A DNA stretch of 64,000 bases from an uncultured archaeon. Lineage in GTDB: Archaea; Asgardarchaeota; Thorarchaeia; Thorarchaeales; Thorarchaeaceae. Made by a program: the position numbers and the translations under genes. The stretch spans positions 40,522 to 104,521 of the forward strand of contig CAYHAA010000010.1 of assembly GCA_964354495.1 (NCBI GenBank). The letters run 5' to 3'. Positions 33,201-41,279 of the stretch are shown piece after piece (the stretch's first letter is position 1; each line of letters starts with the position of its first letter). A model generated the notes under the pieces. The model was not told where the DNA came from, searched no databases, and saw nothing but the letters and a program-made list of their open reading frames with translations.

Positions 33201-36200
33201 TGGTCAGCAGGATCTGTAATGATTATGGTCAGTGAGTCCCAGATGCAGTAGGTCGCGTCATTCACTGATATTGCAGTGATTCCATATGCTCCGCCACTGA
33301 CACCCTGAACAGTGTACCATTGAATCTGGGCTGCAGCATATGCGAATTGAGTGTTGTTTAGAGCTAGGACACCATCGAAGGCAGAACCATCATAATCATA
33401 AACTGCGGAAACTACGATTCCTGATGCGTTTGCATTGATATTGATTCGCTGATCGCCTGGATCGGTTATGGTTATTGAAACAGCGTCCCAGATGCACCAT
33501 GTCACATCGTTTGCTGAGATTGCAGTAATACCATATGTTCCACCACTTGCAGAGAGAGCAGTATACCACTGAATCTGAGCGGTGGAGTAGGCAAACTGCG
33601 TGTTATTCAAGCCGAGCGTGCCGTCAAACGGTGTGGAATCATAGTCGTAGGTAGCGCCGACTACTATCCCTGATGCATTCGCACCAATATTGATTCTCTG
33701 GTCCAACGGATTAGTGATTGTTACAGTCAGCGAGTCCCAGATACAGAAGGTCATGTCATTTGTCGATATGGCCGATATACCGTATGATCCACTGCTTATC
33801 GAAGGAATTGTGTAGTACTGTATTTGCGCGGCCATGTAGGTGAATTGAGTATTGTTCAGAGTCAGGATACCGTCGAAGGCGGAGCCATCATAGTCGTAGA
33901 TAGCAGAAACGATAATCCCGGATGCATTTGTATTGACATTGATGCGCTGGTCGAATGGGTCAGTGATTGTAATCGTGACAGAGTCCCAGATACACCAAGT
34001 GACATCGTTTGCCGAGATGGCAGTGATGCCATAGGTTCCGCCACTGGCAGACATGACTGTATACCACTGAATCTGGGCCGTGGCGTAAGAGAACAGCGTG
34101 TTGTTCAGTGTCAGGGTACCGTCAAACGGCGAGGAGTCATAGTTGTAGACTGCAGTAACCACAACTCCTGATGCGTTCGCGTTGATGTTGATACGCTGAT
34201 CTGATGGCTCGGTGACTGCTATTGTTAGCGAGTCCCAGATACAATATGTCATGTCATTGGTAGAGATTGCAGTGATGCCGAACGCTCCGCCACTCACTGA
34301 GCCGACTCGATACCATTGAATCTGGGCTGTTCCGTAGCTGAACTGCGTGTTGTTCAATGTGAGAATTCCGTCGAATAACGAGCCATCATAGTCATAGACC
34401 ACGCTCACAACAATGCCTGATGCATTGGCATTGATGTTGATTCGCTGATCCAACGGGTCGGAAACTGATATTGTAAGCGAGTCCCAGATGCAATACGTAA
34501 CGTCATTGCTGGAGATCACGGTGATGCCGTATGTACCACCACTAGCAGATAGAACAGTGTACCACTGGATCTGAGCGGCAGGATAGGAGAACTGCGTGTT
34601 GTTGAGTGCGAGCGTTCCATCAAAAGGCGCGGAGTCATAGTTGTAGACTGCTGTGACTACTATTCCCGATGCATTCGTATTGATGTTGATGCGTTGGTCG
34701 AATGGGTCAGTGATTGTAATTGTCAACGAGTCCCAGATGCAGTATGTTTCGTCGTTGACTCCAATGAGCGACACTCCATGGACTCCTCCAGAGGCAGTCG
34801 ATACTTCATATCCTCTTATTCCAACCGTGCCATAGTTGAAGACCGTATCATTAAGATTCAGAGTTCCATCGAAGCTCGTGTCGTCGTAGTCATAGATTGC
34901 TGATGCAACAATGCCTGTTGCGTTGGCACCTGTGTCAATCCTCTGATCGATCGGATCGGTGAGCGTTATGATTAATCGATCGGCAATATAGGTGTCAGTT
35001 GCACTGCTCGTATAGAATAAATCAGTGCCTCCTGCACCAGCTCCCTCCTCAACCACCTTGACCGTGTATGTGTCTAGACCTACTAGATTGTCAGCGTAGC
35101 AAGTGACATTAAAAGCCCCTGAGGTGGGAGTGAGATCGCTCCAAGGCCCAACGTTAGTCCCATATTCTGAGGCAGAAACCCAAATATCGACAGCTGTTGA
35201 AGAGGGCGCAACATTCACAGAACCGTAGTAGATGACAGTTCCTGTCAGTGAGAATGATCCATCTACATTGCCTCTATCTGGAGTCCCAGAGCTGTCGCTG
35301 ACATGTGGCAAAACAGAGTATTCCAGCCTTGTTTCAATGTCCCAGTCAACTTCATACCATGTCGTTGTTGATTCGTTCTGAGCGTCTTCGACATAGCATC
35401 TTGCATCTATGTCAGTAGAATCAGGGAAGTCCCAATCAATTGTGAAGAAGAAGGTGGCATCAATATCATTGCCGCTCTTGGTTGCCGATGAACTTCCTGT
35501 ATTCAATGTGACAAAGTTGCCACCATCGAATTGCTCTGAGAACACGCTTGTGTCCTCATCATATCTGAATCTACAGAACTCTGTTGCCCGGGTATCGTCC
35601 CAAAGCCCAATTTCCAGAAAGTCGATGTCTGCGAATCCGTTCTGGTCGGATACGTAAACACTGACCTGATACTCTGCGTATTGAGCGTACATGTTATCAG
35701 TATCGGTAGGGTTGTTCAGATAGGGTATCTGATCAATCAGGGGAGTATAGCTTGGGGTCCACGTATGCAATAGGACAGCATCAATCTCCCATGTGTCCTG
35801 TGTTGTATCTCCTGTTTCAGTTCCGCCAAGAAATCTGACTTCGAACGCCGAACTGGTCAGGTACGAAGAAACACTGACATTGTTCCACTGGTCCGGAGTG
35901 AGGTCCGCGAGGGCATTGATCCAAGTCCCGCTCCAGACATCAATCTTGATGTCTTCAGTCGGCCAGCCACCCCCTGTGACAGGGTAGATGCATAAGTATT
36001 CGTAGGTTTCATCGTAGTCTGCAGCAGTCCATCCAACCTCCAAGTCAAGTCCATAGCTCCATGATGAAGGAGTCCAACAATGAAGTAAGATACCCTCTAT
36101 CTGCCAAGAACCCTGATAGGCATCATCGGTCTGCATGCTGTCTACGAATCTGATTTCGAAGGATGACGTAGTGAGATAGCTAGTAACCGATACATTATTC

Positions 36201-37252
36201 CAGCCTGCCTGGACACCGGTGATGACAGTGACCCATGCTGCACCATCCCAGACATCGACATTGAGAGTTTCAGAATTCTGTATGCCGCCATAGATACATA
36301 GCGCTTCATTCGATTCTGAATATTGGGCACTGGTCCAGCCAACCTCGAGGTCCAGCTCGTGGTTCAGATTATTGATATTCGCATAGAGCCTGCGCCAAGT
36401 ATATGTGCCGTTAGTTGCATCAGTCGGGTCCGTTGGCGATGCATAGCTATTCGTCGTATCGGACTTACTACTTGCGCCAGTAGTAGACGTATAGTACAGT
36501 CTCATCGAGTTTGAAGCTGGGATTATCAGTATCCAGTATGTATTCCCACTAACTACTATCGGACGTGAGCCAGCTGCAAAGGTCAATGTCTTATCGCCGG
36601 CTGTCGCAGATACGCCGACTGCAGAGCTAACTCCGTTTGGCAAGATGTACCCAGACGAGTTTGTGATGATCCCCTTCGTGTTTATTGTACCCGTTGAGGA
36701 CCTTCCGTAAAACACGACGCTGGCAACTTCCCCCGTGCTACTTGCAGTGTAGACACCACCATACATATAGTTCGCGCTTACTGAAACATAGCTGGCACCA
36801 CTGGCGGAACTTCTGCCAAATGTGCTGGTTCCAGTATTTGTATCAGCCTCGGTTAGAGTGTCATAAGAGCCATCGAAGTCCTGCATTTCAGCAAAAGAAG
36901 AGTGTGCACCTATGTCCGTGGGCGCATGAAGGTTGGATGCTTGATCCACGAAGTCTTCATAATTAGTGCCAGCATAGCTTATGTTTCCCTCGGTCATCTG
37001 ATCGTAATTAGCACCATAGTCTTGAAGATACGAAAAGACACTATGCGAACCCCTATCACTAGGAGGATGAAGATTTGAGCTCTGATCAACAATGTCCTCA
37101 GCATTATCGCCTATTCCTGATACAGTATAGGAATTTGGCTCAGGAATCCCTCTCAATCCTCTAGGGGGTGATTCAATATCCACAATTGGACTAGCCAATA
37201 TAATACCAAGGAATGTTAGAAATAGGGCAAGTGTGAGGACACGTCTTCCCAT
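27203..37252 (-). CDS. giant (3349 aa) type-I surface protein with signal peptide, about 18 tandem 83-aa beta-sandwich-like repeats, C-terminal transmembrane helix and acidic cytoplasmic tail
   Basis: One uninterrupted ORF. N-terminus MGRRVLTLALFLTFLGIILASP. Repeats of consensus CIWDSLTITITDPxDQRININTNASGIVVSAVYDYDGSAFDGTLTLNNTQFSYATAQIQWYTVxSASGGTYGITAISANDVTY. Transmembrane helix LLLIGGGVGVGLIGVALIA followed by RRRHG. Confidence 0.85.
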   Translation of the reverse strand: MGRRVLTLALFLTFLGIILASPIVDIESPPRGLRGIPEPNSYTVSGIGDNAEDIVDQSSNLHPPSDRGSHSVFSYLQDYGANYDQMTEGNISYAGTNYEDFVDQASNLHAPTDIGAHSSFAEMQDFDGSYDTLTEADTNTGTSTFGRSSASGASYVSVSANYMYGGVYTASSTGEVASVVFYGRSSTGTINTKGIITNSSGYILPNGVSSAVGVSATAGDKTLTFAAGSRPIVVSGNTYWILIIPASNSMRLYYTSTTGASSKSDTTNSYASPTDPTDATNGTYTWRRLYANINNLNHELDLEVGWTSAQYSESNEALCIYGGIQNSETLNVDVWDGAAWVTVITGVQAGWNNVSVTSYLTTSSFEIRFVDSMQTDDAYQGSWQIEGILLHCWTPSSWSYGLDLEVGWTAADYDETYEYLCIYPVTGGGWPTEDIKIDVWSGTWINALADLTPDQWNNVSVSSYLTSSAFEVRFLGGTETGDTTQDTWEIDAVLLHTWTPSYTPLIDQIPYLNNPTDTDNMYAQYAEYQVSVYVSDQNGFADIDFLEIGLWDDTRATEFCRFRYDEDTSVFSEQFDGGNFVTLNTGSSSATKSGNDIDATFFFTIDWDFPDSTDIDARCYVEDAQNESTTTWYEVDWDIETRLEYSVLPHVSDSSGTPDRGNVDGSFSLTGTVIYYGSVNVAPSSTAVDIWVSASEYGTNVGPWSDLTPTSGAFNVTCYADNLVGLDTYTVKVVEEGAGAGGTDLFYTSSATDTYIADRLIITLTDPIDQRIDTGANATGIVASAIYDYDDTSFDGTLNLNDTVFNYGTVGIRGYEVSTASGGVHGVSLIGVNDETYCIWDSLTITITDPFDQRININTNASGIVVTAVYNYDSAPFDGTLALNNTQFSYPAAQIQWYTVLSASGGTYGITVISSNDVTYCIWDSLTISVSDPLDQRININANASGIVVSVVYDYDGSLFDGILTLNNTQFSYGTAQIQWYRVGSVSGGAFGITAISTNDMTYCIWDSLTIAVTEPSDQRININANASGVVVTAVYNYDSSPFDGTLTLNNTLFSYATAQIQWYTVMSASGGTYGITAISANDVTWCIWDSVTITITDPFDQRINVNTNASGIIVSAIYDYDGSAFDGILTLNNTQFTYMAAQIQYYTIPSISSGSYGISAISTNDMTFCIWDSLTVTITNPLDQRINIGANASGIVVGATYDYDSTPFDGTLGLNNTQFAYSTAQIQWYTALSASGGTYGITAISANDVTWCIWDAVSITITDPGDQRININANASGIVVSAVYDYDGSAFDGVLALNNTQFAYAAAQIQWYTVQGVSGGAYGITAISVNDATYCIWDSLTIIITDPADQRININTNASGIVVTAVYDYDGTTYDGALTINSTQFVYAVAQRQGYTVQSASGDTYGITLISSNDVTYCIWDSLTITITDPSDQRININTNASGIVISAIYDYDGSAFDGVLSLNNTQFSYATAQIQWYRVSSVSGGAFGITAVSIDEAAYCIWDSLTVVVTDPSDQRINVNTNASGIVVTAFYDYDGSAFDGTVGLNNTQFSYALAQIQWYTVQSVSGGAYGITAISANDMTWCIWDSLRIIMTDPIDQRININTNASGIIVSAVYEYDDSTFDGILTLNNTLFIYSSVQIQWYSVQSASGGVYGITTISSNDVSYCIWDSLTITITDPLDRRININTNASGIVVSAVHDYDSAPFDGMLILNNTQFVYATAQIQWYTVQGVSGGTYGITAISANDVTYCIWDSLTIAITDPTDQRINISSNASAVVVTVIYDYDGAAFDGTFTLNNTQFAYAIAQKQGYTVQSVSGGTHGITAISTNDVTYCIWDSLTIVLTAPLDQRINVNANATGIILTATYDYDGAAFDGTLTLNNTQFTYSISQRQAYTVQSVSGGTHGITAISTNDVTYCIWDSLTISITDPLDQRININTNASGIVITAVYDYDGAEFDGILTLNNTLFAYSTAQIQWYTVQGVSEGTYGITAVSANDVTYCIWDSLTVSLTDPSDQRININANATGIIVSAIYDYDGSVFDGVLTLNNSQFSYGTAQIQWYTLGSASGGAFGITAISNNDVTYCIWDSLRIVITEPLDQHIDINTNASGIIVAAVYNYDGSAFDGSLTLNNTQFTYSTAQIQWYTVLSASGGTHGITAISANDATYCIWDSLTITISDSTDQRINVNTNASGIVTSAVHDYDGSVFDGVLILNNTQFTYGTAQIQWYTVDSASGGTHGIRAISANDATYCIWDQLVITIGVDDSTPLNGVQANFSLTVIFDYDDAACTSYQIVVQRNSTWWHSFIGANVSLFVDVGYNISYSYTTRSISFESNYSITAFSTNAWLVTWSSEPNNPPMNDSAPTLTNGDDTDRLYARYRYYIIITSVSDPDGFADISYVELSLYSDDRVTLYWRVRYTYSTDTFSVEVGGAVVVIGSMSDAVGAGNTLSITWYLKIGWDHEHTADSDVEQSVFDGTDSDSDSYETNWDVETRLDYSVTPSLSDDHGDVNTTDLVVSGSITYYGSSLSPLANETDVWIIHDVAGSWNGDLAAGSFSISSIGSSASIRLNTYTIKTVAEGAGSGSTDLYFSTSPTDTFITDRIEIYLAGVVDLRININSYCEVWWRARYEYNGTEIQSGLLIQLNGSRTLIWNAGGSYWRWQETSSVPISAGFTVVSVVESIHGLTEWSDSTTDVQAIWDALIITMTNPTDMRVNVGANATGIYVSAIYAYDGATFDGALALNNTYFSYATPQIQGYTVLSAADDSFGITAILSNDVVYCIWDRVLVTSITADELYHDPGDNVRVIVGLQYEYDALSVTSGTFAIEGHALTHVGSGLWETYVTEATYQAVSFDLLTLCNAALYGITEFNMDSNEVTVYWDRIEFYSVSVDHSRLGMGDTALVQWSARLENAGVTVPNGVVAVMTGDITCIPSSGVYVASVTQSTVGSYSFSIISASLGEISSYVQSAADLVIIWDRVQVTSITATSFSQDVGVATEIRVTLVYEFDESPFTSGSVSLTGATNAMTYNSAGAYWSVSVTRNTAGNYTFSVESISDSLYGISALDSANLSVEIEWVAVPGFAPDTMTLLLIGGGVGVGLIGVALIASRRRHGAVSAGITDIEPSDFGIYDETATAPADSHIEETSTEPAEPEPDTYPPAELPVSEVHEPLEVPRAAEAPTIEEIETTSTSADELHVAEEVQPTEPVRKEPLLAEDVEMETIEALTAPATTTLPESMPAIEVEKPLTKQEILDRLPPEIRDAIAKEDLEKMSRKEAQSLLDSYTPSKELLPEPITRSAEAGVSDVPLGIKELSKLDKKTLVELLPSDFKATVSPDELKRLSKKELISLLESFMEPE
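30480..34990 (-). repeat. about 18 tandem copies of a 249-bp coding repeat, internal to the giant gene
   Basis: Identical 40+ nt stretches recur at exact 249-bp spacing. For example, GAGTCCCAGATGCAGTAGGTCACATCATTTGTCGAGATTGC occurs at 31491 and again at 31740. Confidence 0.9.
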
Positions 37253-37487
37253 TGTTCTGGCACCTTCTTGCTCATGCTAGTGCGCTTGGACTACCAGGAG
37301 GAGACGAGTAGAAGCAAATTCAACTCATACTCGGCGTCCATGGCGGACCATCATGTCTTCTTCCTGTTCTGTCTGTGTGTGTAGCTGAGCCTGACTTTTG
37401 GATAGTAGATGGTAGGTTCATCTAAATCTCAAATAAGCCAATCTTGGATGAATTAATAGGAAAAAAGAGCGAGATTCATTCTAGAGC

Positions 37488-38660
37488 CTAAGGTCGCTGA
37501 AGAATAGTCACGACGATATTGTTACCAAACCCACCAATGTTGTGAGTAAGACCAATACCCGGGTTATCTACTTGGAGCCCTTTGGGAGCCTCTCCTCTCA
37601 ATTGCGTGACAATGTCGCGTATCTGAGCTACTCCAGTGGCGCCAGTGGGATGACCTCTTGCCTTGATACCACCTGTAGTGTTGACAGGCATCTCTCCCCA
37701 GACCTCCGTTAGACCCTCCTTTACCGCATGAATTGCGCTCCCACGTTCGACTAGACCAATATCCTCCATATTCACAAGTTCGAGGATGGAGAAAGCATCA
37801 TGAAGCTCGCACACATCAATCTCTTGAGGACTGATACTAGCCATCTTGAAGGCTTTCTCTGCAGCTACTACTGAAGCATCAAAAGAGGTCAGAGCAGATC
37901 GATGTTGAACAGCAAGATAGTCGGTTCCATGACCAATACCTAGGACCCGTATTGCTCTATCTGCAAGACCATGTTCTTCCATCGTGCTTTCGGACGCAAC
38001 AACAATAGCTGCTGCACCATCGCTCGTAGGGCAACAATCGTACAGGGTAAGAGGGTCTGCAACAACTCTTGCTGTGTTCACCTGTTCAATGGTGATCTCC
38101 TTTTGAAAGTGAGCCAGGGGGTTCTTCGCTCCATTTCGGTGGGCCTTCACAGGAATGAGAGAGAGTTCGTCCCGCGTCAGACCATAGTCATGCATGTACC
38201 TACGGGCAATCATAGCCGCGAGTGCAATAGGCGTGGCACCGTATCGAGTTTCGTTTTCGTAGGACATCATTTTGGCCAGAATCCCCGATGCTACCCCTCT
38301 GTCGACCTCGGACATCTTCTCCACGCCAACCACAAGAACAAGATTCGCCATGCCTGCGGCGACCAATGCGAAGGCGGACTCGAAGGCACTCGACCCTGAG
38401 GATGGACCAGTCTCAACTCGAATAGCGCCTGCTGGAACCAATCCAAGGCGGTCCGCCAGTACAGATGAGAGATGTCCCTGGCCTACGAACTCATCGGGAT
38501 TCTGGGCACCCACGACAAGACGATCGAATCGTGCCTCGACCGTTGAGGAGTCTTCCATCGCCTCAAAGGCAGCACTCTGTGCGAGATCTAGTATAGAATC
38601 ATCGAGCACACCGAACCTTGTCATTCCCGCTCCAACGATATAGACAGGATCCACGATCAT
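37488..38660 (-). CDS. thiolase (acetyl-CoA C-acyltransferase, archaeal/SCP-x type)
   Basis: N-terminal VYIVGAGMTRFG and thiolase active-site Cys/His contexts. 390 aa. Confidence 0.85.
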   Translation of the reverse strand: MIVDPVYIVGAGMTRFGVLDDSILDLAQSAAFEAMEDSSTVEARFDRLVVGAQNPDEFVGQGHLSSVLADRLGLVPAGAIRVETGPSSGSSAFESAFALVAAGMANLVLVVGVEKMSEVDRGVASGILAKMMSYENETRYGATPIALAAMIARRYMHDYGLTRDELSLIPVKAHRNGAKNPLAHFQKEITIEQVNTARVVADPLTLYDCCPTSDGAAAIVVASESTMEEHGLADRAIRVLGIGHGTDYLAVQHRSALTSFDASVVAAEKAFKMASISPQEIDVCELHDAFSILELVNMEDIGLVERGSAIHAVKEGLTEVWGEMPVNTTGGIKARGHPTGATGVAQIRDIVTQLRGEAPKGLQVDNPGIGLTHNIGGFGNNIVVTILQRP

Positions 38661-38666
38661 GCTCCC

Positions 38667-39191
38667 TCACACAATGAGAACCAGGAGTTCCGTCGGTGTC
38701 ACCATGGTCCCCACCTTGACATTCACTTCCTTCACGGTGCCGGAGGTATCTGCCTTCAGTTCATTGAACATCTTCATCGCTTCAAGTATGCAGACTGTCT
38801 GACCGCTCTTGACAGTGTCACCCACTTTCACACGGACTTCAGTAATCTTGCCAGGCATGGGGGGATAGATGCCACCAGCCACTCTTGGGCCTGCCTGGGA
38901 GGTGCCAGGAGCCTTTTTCTCAGCTTCTTGCTTTCTGACACGTTCCCACTCAATCTCTCGTTCCTGGCCATTTATCTCAAGACTCATGGTCTTCCCTGTT
39001 CGTTTCACGATTCTCACGGGATAGTCAGTGGTGGTATCATTTACAATCCATGAACCATCATCAGCAAGAGTCGGTTTCATTGTGAAACTCTGGTCAGCAA
39101 CCTTCACAACAAGCAAGCCGCCCTCATCGAGCATCTTAACTTCAACAACGAAAGGCTTCTCATTGAGAGTGACCCTGTATTCCGGACTCAT
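38667..39191 (-). CDS. biotin carboxyl carrier subunit (biotinyl domain protein, decarboxylase/transcarboxylase 1.3S-like)
   Basis: C-terminal biotinylation motif CILEAMKMFNELKA. The stop/start overlaps the upstream carboxyltransferase gene. Confidence 0.8.
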   Translation of the reverse strand: MSPEYRVTLNEKPFVVEVKMLDEGGLLVVKVADQSFTMKPTLADDGSWIVNDTTTDYPVRIVKRTGKTMSLEINGQEREIEWERVRKQEAEKKAPGTSQAGPRVAGGIYPPMPGKITEVRVKVGDTVKSGQTVCILEAMKMFNELKADTSGTVKEVNVKVGTMVTPTELLVLIV

Positions 39192-40777
39192 TATACGCCC
39201 TCCTGGCTGCGTCCTCTCATCATATCCTTCCTACCAGCAGAGCCCCATGGTGTCGTGGACTGCTCCCACTTTCCAGCTCCATATTGCACTGTTCGTGCAG
39301 TAACGAGACCACTTCGACCCATGTCTGTCCATGCATCGCCTCGAGTGACTGCTGTTTCCGGCCCGCTTGGAGTAATCCCATTCATATGAAGAATGGCCGC
39401 AGTGATTGCTACCTCCAATTCAGGTGTCATTTGACCTGCGACTTTTTTCCGAGCACGACGTTTCAAGAAGTCCAGAGCATACTGCGGGAATAGGGCATAG
39501 GATATTTCATCACGTGGCAGATGTGGTACGTCTTTGAGGGCTTCCCGTGCTGCTGGAAGTTCTGGCTCAAGAAGATCAGCAGGCCTGCAATCAAGAGGCT
39601 TTTCATTGCCAATCGCCATCTCCCTGACTGCAGCATCAATCTCAGCTGGGGGTCTTCCGTAATAACCGCGGATGTACTGTTTTACCTCAGTTGGAATCGT
39701 GCTGTATCTCTTTCCGGTCACAACATTGAGTGTTGCCTGAGTTCCGACAATCTGACTTGATGGTGTCACAAGGGGGGGATAACCAAGTTCTGCTCGCACA
39801 CGCGGGACCTCTGCAAGCACCTCATCGTACTTATCCAATGCACCCTGTTCACGGAGCTGATTGTCAAGGTTAGATAGCATCCCTCCAGGAATCTGAAACT
39901 CGAGGACCTGTGGATTGACTCCCTGAAGACTGCCCTCGAACTGTGCGTACTTCCTGCGAATTCTACGGAAGTAGTTGGCAATCTCAGAGAGTTGGGTGAT
40001 ATTGAGACCTGTATCACGAGGAGTACCTTTGAGTGCCTCGACAATAGATTCAGTGGCAGGTTGTGATGTTGCCATTGACAGCGCAGATATCGCGCAGTCT
40101 ACTACGTCCACCCCTGCTTCTGCTGCCTTGACATATGCCATTGCAGCCATCCCACTGGTGTAGTGAGAGTGGAGCTGGACAGGAAGGTCTACCTCGTCTT
40201 TGATTCCTGCTACTAGGTCATACGCAGCCGTGGGAGAAATGAGTCCTGCCATGTCCTTGATACAGATTGAGTCAGCCTCCTTTTCATAGAGCTCCTTTGC
40301 CATCTGGACAAACTTCTCATTTGTGTGAAAGGGGCTCAGGGTGTAACTGATGGCTGCTTGAACATGACCACCCTCACGCTTCACGAATCTCATTGCAGCC
40401 TCCATATTCCGAACATCATTCAGTGCATCAAAAATCCTGAAGATATCGATTCCAACTCGGACTGCCTCCACAACGAAGGCTTCCAGAACATCGTCCGCAT
40501 ACATATGATACCCAACGATATTACTTCCCCTCAACAACATCTGAAATGGCGTCTTGGGCATTGTTTCTTTGAGTAGTTCGACACGCTCCCAAGGGTCCTC
40601 GTCAAGAAAACGCATCATAGAGTCGAAGGTAGCCCCACCCCACATCTCAAGCGAATGGTACCCGACTTTATCAATCTTCTCACATATGGGAAGCATGTCC
40701 TCTGTTCGCATTCGCGTAGCAATAAGTGATTGATGTGCGTCTCTCAGTGTCGTATCAGTTATCAGAAGCTTCATCAT
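39191..40777 (-). CDS. carboxyltransferase 5S subunit (oxaloacetate decarboxylase alpha / pyruvate carboxylase subunit B-like, without fused biotinyl domain)
   Basis: N-terminus [49 protein letters not shown] is the hallmark PycB/OadA TIM-barrel start. 528 aa. Confidence 0.85.
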   Translation of the reverse strand: MMKLLITDTTLRDAHQSLIATRMRTEDMLPICEKIDKVGYHSLEMWGGATFDSMMRFLDEDPWERVELLKETMPKTPFQMLLRGSNIVGYHMYADDVLEAFVVEAVRVGIDIFRIFDALNDVRNMEAAMRFVKREGGHVQAAISYTLSPFHTNEKFVQMAKELYEKEADSICIKDMAGLISPTAAYDLVAGIKDEVDLPVQLHSHYTSGMAAMAYVKAAEAGVDVVDCAISALSMATSQPATESIVEALKGTPRDTGLNITQLSEIANYFRRIRRKYAQFEGSLQGVNPQVLEFQIPGGMLSNLDNQLREQGALDKYDEVLAEVPRVRAELGYPPLVTPSSQIVGTQATLNVVTGKRYSTIPTEVKQYIRGYYGRPPAEIDAAVREMAIGNEKPLDCRPADLLEPELPAAREALKDVPHLPRDEISYALFPQYALDFLKRRARKKVAGQMTPELEVAITAAILHMNGITPSGPETAVTRGDAWTDMGRSGLVTARTVQYGAGKWEQSTTPWGSAGRKDMMRGRSQEGV

Positions 40778-40858
40778 CTCTAACCAGCATAGCGCATGTT
40801 AGATAGGTATTTAGTCGTTCTGTTAGTACTCTCTCTTATTCTTTTGATACACATCTGA

Positions 40859-41206
40859 TTGCCAGCGGCGAACGAGAAACTCGAAATTCCCTCCAGATTC
40901 GCGGTTTCATACTCGACTGACTCATCGAAGTTCTCTATGCTATCCAGCAAGAGAGGATTATGCCTTATTCTAGTAGGGTGGATTTACGACGAGTCGGATA
41001 TTATTCCACGCTTCTGTCAGGTGCAAGTCATGCTTCCAACATGGACCTCTCGGACCTGCCATGTATGTGGTGAGAGAGGGGTGTGGGCGGAGGGCGTGAC
41101 CTCAACTGATGAGCGGCGTGGGAGTGATTACTTCCATTGTTCAATGTGCGGTGAGCACTTCCGTGCTGATACGAATGCCACACGGAGTGTTATGCATGTT
41201 CAATAG
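40859..41206 (+). mobile_element. C-terminal fragment of an IS200/IS605-family TnpB (OrfB) gene (zinc-finger plus RuvC-III region); degraded relic
   Basis: PTWTSRTCHVCGE...FHCSMCGEHFRADTNATRSV matches the TnpB C-terminus (PxxTSQxCSxCG...CxxCGxxxDRDxNAAxNI). Only about 115 aa of an expected 400 are present. Confidence 0.6.
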
Positions 41207-41279
41207 TCTGAGCAAGTTGCGGCCCCTAGGCGTACAGCAGGACGTCCGAGTTTTGCAGCTGAAAATGGACTGTTCGCAA

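Noticed and set aside
30857-34903. Multiple plus-strand ORFs of 60-115 aa (30857-31102, 32453-32737, 33824-34171, 34694-34903 and others) antisense to the giant gene
   Set aside because: They lie inside the 249-bp tandem repeat array and are themselves repetitive (VVDxxxxNxxxIxIDxxxLV...). They are shadow frames created by the repeat periodicity, not independent genes.
30480-34990. A regular direct-repeat array that could be mistaken for a CRISPR locus
   Set aside because: The period is 249 bp with no short unique spacers. The whole array is in-frame coding sequence of one long ORF, and no cas genes are adjacent.
38272-38643. 123-aa plus-strand ORF, plus 37971-38399, antisense to the thiolase gene
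   Set aside because: The thiolase frame is conserved end to end. The antisense translation is Pro/Ser/Thr-rich with no motifs.
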